Positions 41,401 through 51,300 of a DNA stretch of 64,000 nt are shown in pieces. The notes beneath the pieces are model-generated. The model did not search any database. It worked only from the letters and a program-made list of their open reading frames with translations, and had not been told where the DNA came from. Each line of letters opens with the position of its first letter. Position 1 is the first letter of the stretch. Position numbers and translations under genes: made by a program. Location: contig JBITAJ010000021.1 in NCBI GenBank assembly GCA_044440125.1, forward strand, positions 32,001 through 96,000, written 5' to 3'. The DNA comes from Sedimentisphaeraceae bacterium JB056 (GTDB taxonomy: Bacteria > Planctomycetota > Phycisphaerae > Sedimentisphaerales > Sedimentisphaeraceae).

Positions 41401-41975
41401 TTATTATTATAGTCAAAAGCATTATCACTCAACACAATAATATCAGCAGTGTTGCTTCCGCTGCCGGCAGGAATTTTCAATGCCAGCTTACCAGTATCAT
41501 CACCATCTGGGGCATAAAGATCAAACTGACCGCTTCTGTAAAAAATCCTTCCATTGCCGCCTATCTGTGAACCTGCCGGTATCTTAAACCAGCCTGATAC
41601 AGTAAAAGACCATAAATTGTCCAGAGAATCCTCAACTTGATTATCATACCCCTCCGCGTCACTTCCAATACTAACAAAAGCACCGCTTTGTCCCCATACA
41701 GAGACAGATGTTTTATCAAGACAATCATATCCATCCACACCCGCACTGTCTGCTACAGCACAATAACCTATAGTAGAAGAACCGATATTACTATTTCCAT
41801 TCCAGATACCGGGAGCCTTGGAATGGAAAGCAGGATTAGCAGAATCCACATCCCCGCCATGATATTCAAAATCAAGATATATAGCAGGCTGAGGTCCGGG
41901 AGGAAGAACATTGTATTCAGCATTCAACCGAAAAATAATAACTGTTAGTAAAAATATTGAGATTCTGAATTTCAT
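38451..41975 (-). CDS. Secreted LamG-like + GH123/DUF4091 hydrolase + dockerin-like + LamG-like protein
   Basis: Signal peptide; AARGENEHFQ, FDE, IDIWC, GFLHWG, GYLIYP, SIRLEMMRDGLEDWE; FNGDQQVGQDD..LASKWL / DLNYDETVDAADL. Confidence 0.85.
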   Translation of the reverse strand: MKFRISIFLLTVIIFRLNAEYNVLPPGPQPAIYLDFEYHGGDVDSANPAFHSKAPGIWNGNSNIGSSTIGYCAVADSAGVDGYDCLDKTSVSVWGQSGAFVSIGSDAEGYDNQVEDSLDNLWSFTVSGWFKIPAGSQIGGNGRIFYRSGQFDLYAPDGDDTGKLALKIPAGSGSNTADIIVLSDNAFDYNNKWMFFAVTYDGTQTSGNVKFFTADKNSSVVSAGSGNVDAGVLTGGEHLHVKITGGGDIYGQYACGGYFDKFMVHTSSYNNDSTAALDLGQLEDIRKWQLRQPLDIETSQTNEIEVMLLDSMTKIDSVFQFTPEALPYCSLDAARGENEHFQIAIKAVDGEIDNIELTPGIFSCEDDAIPMENIKVRRADKVRVGIGYDELLYDPLVNKNYGKASDDDILLFWVSFDVPITQSSGIYDGNVVINIPGGDAVVVAVEVDVWDITIPRKQRFQTSFNLLRQCLRNYYGGDWDDPTDLQYRQWLAFCTDYRISPIDMSMGESSSHRFVKITRKLDRSWEFDFTDYNSYLDYCYNNGMANFNIGDLNWHFWKPFYGYDEIRGEYREFNLLTSQYEDVFAQYLTEAANEYRMDGQRPYEQMAFFYAFDELHTGMPEVLQECTDRHDAVEAVWPALHTLSTSEPLRYPAYEGHIDIWCGKIPNYYQYTQPEVARLRALGNDFWTYVTGYAPPYCNLEINEPGIEHRLIFWQNWVEDIDGFLHWGLNVWPHYRRPNAWVGDFPVEAEYDKWPNRAWDDGGWVIQEFTDGGGYLIYPSPDGPVASIRLEMMRDGLEDWELINFLSMTKTRAFQDGVNSVLIADAEVALDVSDTVIGFDDYSSDHAVLQTRRETIAAALSSLIEVMGSQKSAEFNGDQQVGQDDIIVLASKWLDSGIEIDCDLNYDETVDAADLAIFADVYYKKNVEDYTPSGFDIYLPFENTNDSYGAGSTDNPAWSNIALNDAPGYIGNSQPAYPRITTDGIKGDGLYATDPAMIGLNTVTFNWSGQTADVFDNVQSYTVCGWLNTRNSQMNGSGSYIVRCVGGGITIKWRDDGRLQVLDSVDGSWRYAGWGEGYSNDEWVFFAITRSSEGIKFYFGDQNTSVAAGNSVTGLTLSATSDCTRLVFGGYTYNGTDNYLNCDIDEIRVFVSEIDDSGALEISALEDIRKFDID

Positions 41976-42004
41976 TATATAAGTCTTTTCAAATTAATCT
42001 TGAA

Positions 42005-42038
42005 GTTTGCGTGATCTTAAATCTAAGACCACGCAAAC
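42005..42038 (-). terminator. Intergenic stem-loop
   Basis: GTTTGCGTG/CACGCAAAC outer stem plus TCTTA/TAAGA inner stem. Confidence 0.55.
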
Positions 42039-42052
42039 AATTTACTCTTCAA

Positions 42053-44794
42053 TTAAAGACCGAGATCGTACTCACGTAAATCTTCAAGATCTTCAATACT
42101 CAATGCACCACTGTTATCAGTCTTGCTTGAGAATACACGAATTTCATCCATATCGGCATTCACGTAAGTATCTGTACCGTTATAGGTTGTTCCGCCAAGA
42201 ATGAATCTCGTACAGTCAGCAGTATTTGCCAGAGTCAATCCTGTTATAGCATTTCCTGCAGTTACAGCATTAGTCTCATCACCAAAATAGAATCTTATAC
42301 TGCTGTCATCACGAACTATCGCGAAGAATACCCAATCACCATTGCTGTAGCCTTCATTCCATCCGGCATACCGCCATGTATTATCGACAGTATCAATTAC
42401 CTGAAGTCTACCATCACCTCTCCATTTTACATTAATACCTCCGCCCCATGAACGAAGTAGATAGCTTTCACTTCCATTCTGACTCGCATCCCGTGTGTTT
42501 ATCCAACCGGTTACAGTATAAGCCTGTACCTGACTAAATGCATTCATGGTACTGCCGGTCCAGTTTATAGTCATGGTACTCAGACCTGTTTTAGTAGAAT
42601 CAGATGCATAAAAAGCATCTCCACTAATACCGTCAGTCGTTATTTCAGGCCATGCAGTAGGAGTGCTGTTACCCACATAGATAGGAGCCTCACTATTTGC
42701 AGCATTAAGCCACGCAGGATTATCTATACTGCCAAGACCGTATGAACCATTGTCATTTTCAAAAGGCAGATATATAAGTGCATTGGCAGGATCATATGGA
42801 AGCATTTCAAACGGAGTCTTACTGTCAAGCCATTGATCTGCGATATCACTGTAATCACCAAGGTCAACACTGTCATCTTTATTTATATCCGCCTGCTTCT
42901 TCACATACGCCACTGCATCATTTTTACGTATATTCTCAAGCTCATCTACGCTCAACGCTGCGCTGCTGTCTGTATCGCTTGCATAAAGTCTTAACTCATC
43001 AATGATGGCACCAAAATTAGCAACAGCATCATTTTCCAGATATGACACATTACCAATTACAAGTGGATTGCCCGCTGGTGCCGCCATGATTTCATCAAGC
43101 GGGAATTGTACCTGTGTATGCAGTGTTACAGGCTGATTAATTGTACCGCGATACCATTTTATCCTTCCAACTGACGCATCACTCTGATCAAGAAGCATAT
43201 CAATAGTACAGGCAAAGAATACCCACTGGTCTGTCTCAGGATACATCCATGGTGAATATATCATATTGCCAGAATATTCATCATCATCATTAGGAGTAAA
43301 ACCTATTTCCCCGAAAAAGCCTGCTGCTGGCTGTGTTCTTCTATTAGCGAAGAAACTAAGCTCACCCATAGCATGCAGTAAGTGTGCAGGAGACTCTTCC
43401 TCTGCAACCTCAATAGCACCTGCCTGACTATGTTTCCACCAACAGGTAAATGTAAGCGAAAGCGGCCAGTCAAGTGCCTGCTGCATTGCAGTATCTGTCA
43501 ATTGCGAATCCGTATTACCATAAACAAGCATTGAACCAAGTGAATTAAAACCACGCTCACTAAGATCAAGTGCGCCGCCCTTTACGGCATCATCTGTTAC
43601 CGCAAAGCTTATACCATCAGGATACTCAGCATAGTTAGGATCACTAACAGGTATTCGCATTATCATTGAAGGAAGCTCACCTGTTCCCGCAATGCCCTGA
43701 TTGGCAAACGCAGGATCGTTCTCGTCGTAAGGCACGCCGTCTGTTCCATCAAAAGTAAGATGAATTGCAGGCTCTGGCATTGCCGGAGGGGCATTATCAA
43801 GCCATTGCGCCGCAAGTATAGCAAGATCACCACTGCCAACTTCATAATCCTGATTAATATCAGAAGTAAAATATATCTGGCTGTCATCTGCTGCTGTTAT
43901 GCCAAGGTCTATCTGTCTGTAAAGTTCCAAATCATTGAGCCCCAAAGCACCACTGCCGTCATCATACTCTGAGAAAACCCTGATATTATCCAGCATACCC
44001 TTAAAAGCTGACTGACCATGAGTAGAACCTACCCCATAATTACCAACAATAAAGTATTGCCCTAAAGTCCATGTTATCGCACCGCGTACTGTACCGGTAG
44101 AACCTTCAGAAACTTGAGTTACAACTGAATCTGAAGTACCAACATAGAATTTCATATTATTACCTTCAGAGACACTGCCGTCATATGTTATCGCAAAATA
44201 TGTCCAGTTGCCTTTATGGTCTGCCTGACTGTAAGATCCCCAGTCTGAATAAACCCATGATGCCCCATTACCTATATAGATACCAAAGCGTCCTGAATTA
44301 CATAATACCTGCACTTGACCATATTTATTAAACATTCTCTCGCCAAGTTGATCCCCCGAACCTATAGCAGTCTGATCATCAACAGTCTTAAACCAGCCTG
44401 AAATAGTAAAAGACATTGCATTATCAAACGCATCCTCCGCAGGTGTATTGGAGAACCATGCATCTGCCGTATTGGGAAGATTGCCATAGTAAACAGTACC
44501 AAGCTGCTTGGCTGATGCAGCGGTAAGATCCATACAGTCACTACCATCAACACCGCTGCCAACAGCAATTACCGGCATCATGCCGGGAACATTGGAATTT
44601 GTACCGAGTCTTCCTTTTTCAGCATACCACATCTGATCATAAAGCCCCGGGGCCCTGTTAATCCAAGCCGGATCATACTGATCATAGTAACCGTCTGTCC
44701 CTTCAAACGGCAAATAAATCTTTGGATAAGGCACTGCAAAACTGCTCGCAGCAAAAATAACTAACAAAAATAATAAGCCTAAGATTCTCTTCAT
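42053..44794 (-). CDS. Secreted non-catalytic protein with three LamG-like domains separated by half-dockerin motifs
   Basis: Signal peptide; three W.[YF]FA...D[EN][IL]R..S..D.S.AL units; DINQDYEVGSGDL..LAAQWL and DINKDDSVDLGDY..IADQWL. Confidence 0.8.
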   Translation of the reverse strand: MKRILGLLFLLVIFAASSFAVPYPKIYLPFEGTDGYYDQYDPAWINRAPGLYDQMWYAEKGRLGTNSNVPGMMPVIAVGSGVDGSDCMDLTAASAKQLGTVYYGNLPNTADAWFSNTPAEDAFDNAMSFTISGWFKTVDDQTAIGSGDQLGERMFNKYGQVQVLCNSGRFGIYIGNGASWVYSDWGSYSQADHKGNWTYFAITYDGSVSEGNNMKFYVGTSDSVVTQVSEGSTGTVRGAITWTLGQYFIVGNYGVGSTHGQSAFKGMLDNIRVFSEYDDGSGALGLNDLELYRQIDLGITAADDSQIYFTSDINQDYEVGSGDLAILAAQWLDNAPPAMPEPAIHLTFDGTDGVPYDENDPAFANQGIAGTGELPSMIMRIPVSDPNYAEYPDGISFAVTDDAVKGGALDLSERGFNSLGSMLVYGNTDSQLTDTAMQQALDWPLSLTFTCWWKHSQAGAIEVAEEESPAHLLHAMGELSFFANRRTQPAAGFFGEIGFTPNDDDEYSGNMIYSPWMYPETDQWVFFACTIDMLLDQSDASVGRIKWYRGTINQPVTLHTQVQFPLDEIMAAPAGNPLVIGNVSYLENDAVANFGAIIDELRLYASDTDSSAALSVDELENIRKNDAVAYVKKQADINKDDSVDLGDYSDIADQWLDSKTPFEMLPYDPANALIYLPFENDNGSYGLGSIDNPAWLNAANSEAPIYVGNSTPTAWPEITTDGISGDAFYASDSTKTGLSTMTINWTGSTMNAFSQVQAYTVTGWINTRDASQNGSESYLLRSWGGGINVKWRGDGRLQVIDTVDNTWRYAGWNEGYSNGDWVFFAIVRDDSSIRFYFGDETNAVTAGNAITGLTLANTADCTRFILGGTTYNGTDTYVNADMDEIRVFSSKTDNSGALSIEDLEDLREYDLGL

Positions 44795-44934
44795 TTGAGA
44801 TGCCTCCGATAAATTAGATTAAAATTAGATTTAACAAATACTATATTGATAATATCAATTTTCGTAAATTTAACCAAGTTAATACAATCGTATTATCTGG
44901 ACTTTTTTTTGGATAATATAGCCACTAAAACCAA

Positions 44935-45900
44935 TTAAGACAGAGCAAGAGCATCGAATCTTCGTGCATGCGTATCACCTGTAGTGTTGCCCGGATTCAC
45001 TTCTCGATACTTTGTCGGCGAACAGTTGAACACCTTCTTAAACTGCCTGCAAAAATACGACACATCCGGCATTCCCACCTCATAAGCAACCGTCTTAACC
45101 GGCTTATCGGTATCAGTAAGCAGATTTTCAGCAAGGAATAGCCGCATTTGAAGGAGCTTATCAATTATAGTAGTGCCGGTAATTTCTTTGTAATGTCTCG
45201 TTATAGAACGCTTACTCTTGCAAACGAATCTAGCTATCATATCAAGGTTGATATCATTGGTGTAATTATCCGCCAAATACTTATTAATCAGTATGACTAT
45301 CTGGTCTTCTCTTGGGTCGGGCTTCTCCTCAGGCTGTTCGTTAAGCTCAGGACGTGTAGAATTGACAAGCCTGGCAAAAGAGATTACAAGCTCCTTCATA
45401 TAGCATTCCAGTATATAATTAAGCCCCGGTCTTGCTCCTGATATCTCTTCAATTATCTTCAACACAATAGACTGCAACCGATTAGAATCGGAAATAAACT
45501 CCTCAATCTCAAAAAGTCTTGAAAAAGCCATGTCAATCGGCGCAGGTCTGCTGCTTGAATCTTCCCTGACTTTCAACTCAAAAGATACTACATACATATA
45601 GAGATCATCCGCCTCTGTCTGCCATGAATGCTCAAAATTAGGCGGTGTTATAAGCATATCCCCTGCCTTAAATTCACGGCTGCCCTTGTATGTAACAATC
45701 TCGCCATGTCCGTTAAATATGATATGCGCTTCAAAATAGCTGTGCGAATGCCACGGGCTGCTCTTAAAATCTGGCAAATGAAAATGTACATCAAGTATAT
45801 TAACTTGATAATTGCCAAGCTCAAAAAAACACGCAATCTCCGGCAACTGCCTCAAGAGCTTATTTTGCAATTTTATCTGTTTTTCGTTGAATTTTGCCAT
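44935..45900 (-). CDS. AraC-family transcriptional regulator
   Basis: Cupin WHSHSYFE..PP..EHSW; double HTH ..VAYEVGMPDVSYFCRQFKK.F..SPTKYR. Confidence 0.93.
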   Translation of the reverse strand: MAKFNEKQIKLQNKLLRQLPEIACFFELGNYQVNILDVHFHLPDFKSSPWHSHSYFEAHIIFNGHGEIVTYKGSREFKAGDMLITPPNFEHSWQTEADDLYMYVVSFELKVREDSSSRPAPIDMAFSRLFEIEEFISDSNRLQSIVLKIIEEISGARPGLNYILECYMKELVISFARLVNSTRPELNEQPEEKPDPREDQIVILINKYLADNYTNDINLDMIARFVCKSKRSITRHYKEITGTTIIDKLLQMRLFLAENLLTDTDKPVKTVAYEVGMPDVSYFCRQFKKVFNCSPTKYREVNPGNTTGDTHARRFDALALS

Positions 45901-46010
45901 TTTGTTAACTCCATCATCCCAAAAAGATAATTAAACTTTCAACAAAGGTACTGGTTACTACTGCTAATCGCCGATATCTATATACTACCATATCACATTT
46001 GTATTAAAAT

Positions 46011-46073
46011 GCCAAAAGATATTACTATAACGCCAAGTTGTTGGACTATAAAGACAACGCTATTGCAAACAAA
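46011..46073 (+). promoter_or_regulatory. 21-bp-period direct repeats, candidate AraC sites
   Basis: GCCAA at 46011 and 46032, GACAA at 46053; ACTATAA at 46024 and 46045; lies between divergent araC and the DUF5107 gene. Confidence 0.5.
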
Positions 46074-46128
46074 CTTAAATATTGCAATAATAACCCTGTA
46101 TAAACGATATTGAGCATAACTATATAAC

Positions 46129-48165
46129 ATGAAAAGGACAATCTCAATGACACAGCTTAAATTTGAAAAACTGCAGATTCCCGTAGCAGACTTTGGATAC
46201 GAAGGCAGCCCACTTCCGCCTCTCTCACAACTCAAAAGTGTTCCATGGCCTGTAGAGGTCGGCGATGATGTATTTGAGGAAGACAGAAAATATATAAATT
46301 ACGGCTGCCAAACGCCACTTTTGCCGTATATGCTGCAAGATAGATACAGTAGAAAACGAAAAATGGCAACTTTCGAAATACTTGTGCTTGAAAATGAATA
46401 TATCAAGGCTTCATTCCTACCGCAACTTGGCGGCAGACTCTGGTCACTGATATATAAGCCTAAAAACCGTGAGCTTTTATACGTAAACCCTGTTTTTCAG
46501 CCCGCAAACCTCGCTTATCGTAATGCCTGGTTCAGCGGCGGAGTAGAATGGAATATGGCAATGCCCGCACACAACCCGTTTACCTGCGACAAGCCGTTTT
46601 TTGCCGTAATAGACAATAAAAATTGCCCTGTCCTGAGAATGTACGAATGGGAAAGAATCCGCAATGCTCCTTTTCAGGTAGACTTTTATATACCGAAAAA
46701 CAGCCGTTTTCTCCACGTACGGACAAAACTTATAAACCCGCACAATCATGAAATCCCCGGCTACTGGTTCTCAAATATTGCAGTTCCAGAAAATCTTAGA
46801 CACAGGGTTATAGCTCCCTCTGATATAGCTTACACATTTGATTACAGTCCAACAAGATTTGGTGTCAAAACGGCAAAAATACCTATAAACAATGAAACAG
46901 ACATAACTTACCCAACCAATCTTGACATAGCCAACGACTTTTTCTATAGGCTCAACAACAATCAATGGCCATGGATTACATCACTTGATGAAAACGGCAG
47001 CGGCCTGATTCAGGCATCAACCTCAAAGTTAAAAGGACGAAAACTCTTCGTATGGGGTACGAATGAAGGAGGCAGAAGATGGCAAGACTTTCTCACAAAA
47101 CCGGGTAACCCATATGTGGAAATCCAAGCGGGATTTGGACGTACACAAGTAGAATGCAGACCATTAAAACCACAAAGCTCAACACAATGGCTTGAAATTT
47201 ACGGCTACATCGAAACAGATCCAAGCATAATCCACGGCAAAGATTGGAATATGGCTGTCAGTGAAGTGGAAAAAAATCTCAAAAAAGCCATAACATTTGA
47301 AGAATTAGAACAGGAATTGGCAAATACAGAAGAGATTTCAAAACAGAAGCCTGCAAATATTATTCAAAAAGGCAGCGGCTGGGGCAATCTTGAGCTCAAA
47401 GCAGATGCCGAAATCATCCAAACGGTGCAAGAATTGTCCGGTCTATCTTTCTGCGATGAAAATAACGAAGAAAAATACAAAATATGGGAAAATCTGCTCA
47501 ACAATGGGGTTTTTGCCGAGCAATCACCTCTTGAACTTACCCCTTCCTACCAAACCGGCGAAAAATGGCTTGTTCTTCTCGAAAACTCAATCGCAGAAGG
47601 TAAAAACGAAAACTGGACAGCCTATTACCATCTTGGCGTAATGTATTATGTAAAATCCCAGAAAGAAAAGTCCATTCAAGCATTGAAAAAATCCTACCAA
47701 CTTAGACCTAACCACTGGTCTTACAGGATATTAGCAAATATAGAATTTGAATCAAACAATGCGTCACAAGCATTGAACTATATGGACAAAGGCTGGCAGC
47801 TCTGCGACCAAATGCCCGAATTTGCCGAAGAGTATGCCGCAATGCTTGTAAAATCGAAAAGCTTTGAGAAACTCTGTAAATTACTCGATTCATTACCTGA
47901 AAATGTCAAAAATCGTCCGAGAATGCAGATAGCTGCCGCTCAATCTGCTTTCAACTCAAGAAAATTCGATAGAGTCGAAGATATACTTAGTAAAATAGAA
48001 CTTATCAATATCAGAGAATGTGAAACAACCCTTACCGATATATGGTTTGAGGTTCAGGCAATTAAACGAGCTGACCAGTTAAATCGCAAGGTTGACGATA
48101 AGATAAGAGAATATGTTCAAAAAAATCTGAAACCGCCTAAGAATATTGATTTCAGAATGAATTAA
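46129..48165 (+). CDS. DUF5107-domain protein with C-terminal TPR repeats
   Basis: PY..QDRY, LENEYIKA.FLP.LGGRLWSL, NPVFQPANLAYRNAWFSGGVEWN, YWFSNIAVP, GRKLFVWG, YVEIQAG; TPR-like AYYHLGVMYY. Confidence 0.85.
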   Translation: MKRTISMTQLKFEKLQIPVADFGYEGSPLPPLSQLKSVPWPVEVGDDVFEEDRKYINYGCQTPLLPYMLQDRYSRKRKMATFEILVLENEYIKASFLPQLGGRLWSLIYKPKNRELLYVNPVFQPANLAYRNAWFSGGVEWNMAMPAHNPFTCDKPFFAVIDNKNCPVLRMYEWERIRNAPFQVDFYIPKNSRFLHVRTKLINPHNHEIPGYWFSNIAVPENLRHRVIAPSDIAYTFDYSPTRFGVKTAKIPINNETDITYPTNLDIANDFFYRLNNNQWPWITSLDENGSGLIQASTSKLKGRKLFVWGTNEGGRRWQDFLTKPGNPYVEIQAGFGRTQVECRPLKPQSSTQWLEIYGYIETDPSIIHGKDWNMAVSEVEKNLKKAITFEELEQELANTEEISKQKPANIIQKGSGWGNLELKADAEIIQTVQELSGLSFCDENNEEKYKIWENLLNNGVFAEQSPLELTPSYQTGEKWLVLLENSIAEGKNENWTAYYHLGVMYYVKSQKEKSIQALKKSYQLRPNHWSYRILANIEFESNNASQALNYMDKGWQLCDQMPEFAEEYAAMLVKSKSFEKLCKLLDSLPENVKNRPRMQIAAAQSAFNSRKFDRVEDILSKIELINIRECETTLTDIWFEVQAIKRADQLNRKVDDKIREYVQKNLKPPKNIDFRMN

Positions 48166-48318
48166 ATCGTTGGCTCAAAGTTGCGTTTCGCTACAATATC
48201 TGCGTATACTTACTGATTTTGAAGATGAATCCCTAAACGGCAAACAATATCTCATCCATGATAGATATATTATACAGTGACAAAGTCATGCACATCGTCT
48301 AATCAACTTAAATCTCAA

Positions 48319-51300
48319 TTATAGGTCTTTCAAAAAATCATCGAATTCAAGCATCGTTTTTGCCGTATAGGTTGCGCAGTTAACCCAGAAATCCCTCTCT
48401 AACGTTATAAGATAAGTCTTGTAACTGCCATCATTGTAGGTTTTCTGTGCATATACAATAGTATCAGCCAAATCCTTAGCCTTGTTCAGATAAATCTCCT
48501 CGCCGGTTGCCTTATACGCCTGCACAAATGCAGATATTGTTTTGGCCGATGAAGCATTGACCGGCTGCCAGAAAAGATATTGCTCACAGACACAGGGAAA
48601 CAGCCAATTATCCGGTGAATAGGATTCTGCTGGCCAATAGGATTCGGTACGTTCAGGAATTTGCGGCGGGTCAGACCAGACAATAAACTGATCCTCTACA
48701 AACCTTAAAAGCTCTTTAGCCTGCTCAATCTTTTCAGGATCATCAGCATAATTCTTAAACAAATATCTCGCAAAAGCTACAGCCTGCCCATGCGAAAGAT
48801 TTTTATAGGCATCAGTCGGTACGCTATCCTCAAACTGATTTTGCCAATTTAAGTTCTTCATGGGATTATCAAATGTCCACTGAATGGCCTTGTCAACAAC
48901 AGACTGTAAATCTTTCCTGCCGTATTTATCAATAAATATCTCAAGGTATTCAACAACATCCTGCGGGTTGATATAATTATCATAAACAGGCTCCCCCGTT
49001 TTCACATTAACCATCAGATACCACGAGCCATTATCAAGTTGCAAACGCTTAAAACCATCAGCAATTTTTTCGGCGGCGATGAAATACTTATCCTCACCAG
49101 TAATCTTGAACAATTTCAGATACGCCCGCCCTGCTTCAGCACCATACATAGGCATAGCATTATCTTCACTCATATGCCCTCTGGTTTCCATTTTGTCATA
49201 AGTTGGCGGAAAATCAGCAAGTGCATAACCATTGGGGAAATGGCGTGAAAGTAAATAATCGCCTGCCTTTATGCCAATTTCCAACACCTCATCAGCATCT
49301 TTGGGCTTAGGTTCAAGAGAATAATACATTGCTGCTCCATCAACAACGGCACTTATAATCTTTGCCGCATACTGATAACCTACTACCGGATCATAATAAT
49401 CCGGGTCCGGCTGGTCGTGATCAAGCCAATAGCGAATATAATCCAACTCAAAGAGTTTTTGCAGAGCCTCTCTCGCACTTTCTCCATAATCATAATTTTC
49501 ATCCCTGTAGTTACCGGTATACTCTGCTGCTTTATGAAAAATTCTCTCACCGCTAACACCGACAACTTCTCCATCGTCGTCAATACCAACAACTTTTAGC
49601 GACACCTCGCCAGTTACAATATCCTCCCATATTGGACTCAAAGAAGCATCCGGCCTTTTAGCTGTAAAACGATGCACTTGTTTTGTGCTGGAAGTGACAG
49701 CAAACACATATTCACTTGCTCCGTCAACAAAACCAAACTCAAATGAAGGAGCATAAGTAAACGTAAAAGAGTGGTTATTCCAAAACGGTTGCTCATCAAT
49801 TTTACCCGGACGCACCGCTTCTGTAACAGCATAGGACTTATGCTGAGGCTTGCTAAAAGTAATCACAGGCTCAAACCTATCGGCAAACGGACAACTGATA
49901 GTCTCCTTATAGCCGTTAGCCCAACTAATAGTAACGATTGCGGAGTTATCTTCTTTACGTAAAAACTGAACATCCGGCGAGACTACATCACTTTCAAGCG
50001 GTAATAAAATCGATATAAATTTCGGATTATCAATTTCTGAAGCATTAACTCTTAAACGCGGGTAAGATACCGGCTTTCTGTTATCACCCGGCTCATAAAT
50101 ATCGACAGCAATAGTCTTACCGGCAACAGTATCAACATAAAGTTCAAGTCGAGGCGAATCAGCTTTTGTCTCAACCGGTCTGAGGGTTATCATATTTTCC
50201 TGCGTAGAAAACTCAATATTAGGCCATGTTATCATCTGCCATGTATAATCTGTCTTATCTTCAAAAGAGGTGACATCATCAAACATCACAACATAAGCAG
50301 GCCGCTGACCGCTTTTCTTGACAAATAGCGAATGGCGGTAAACATGTTTGGCTAAATCCTTTTCAAGAGAATTTTTATCACCATCTCCAACATCCTTCCA
50401 CCACTGACTTGATTCATGGCTGTCAACAGCTATCGTTTTATTATAAGCTTCAGTCGAATCTGTAAGACAATAACCATAAGACTTATGATCGTACCATCGA
50501 ACCATATTACCGTTTGTTCCTAATGCGGCTCCTGAGAGCATTTGTCCCTTGCCATTAATTAGAATACAGTTGTGACCATCAGTTTGCGAGCGTCCTTGCG
50601 GCTCTCTGTTATTGCCGTAACCGGGATCAGGAGCCCACCTATAGCCTAATCCGTAGAGTGTAAAATGCCCCTTATCAGCCTGATTATGGGTTACTGCATA
50701 ATAAGGACCCGCTTCCATACTGAACATAATATCTTCTTTTTCCCAACCTGTTCGCCAAATCGCAAGACCTCTCTGGGGAAAAAACTGCCCTTTCTTTATA
50801 CCTAACTGTTCGGGTGAAAGCGGCTTTACATCCTTGCTCCATACAAGCCGCTGCGGAACATATCCTGGCGTACCACGAGGATAAGTATAATCACGGCTAA
50901 ACTTATTATCACAGGCATTTTCACGCAACCACGCCATAAGAGAACTGTCAAACACCTCATTATACATAGTTGCAACAACATAACCTACCCCACCATAGTG
51001 GGCATCATTTCTGGCATCAAATTCACCTTCTCCGGGAATCAAGCTCATGGCAAGAAAATTAGGTAAGTTATTAATGCCGCTATCGGCAAAAATATCCTCC
51101 CCTGTAATACGTTTAAGGGCTATGCCATAACGCAGAGCATTGGTAAAACCAAATGCATAATATTGCGTACCCTCAACCTGTCCGCCGTTACGATCGAAAG
51201 CATTGCGAAACCATGCCTTCAACGCCTCATTGCAACGTGCAATCCAAATTTGAGACTCATCAGGATATTCATTTCGCAATTTCAAAGCAATCAGACCGGC

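Noticed and set aside
44810..44832. AAATTAGATT direct repeat
   Set aside because: Two short AT-rich copies only; not interpretable
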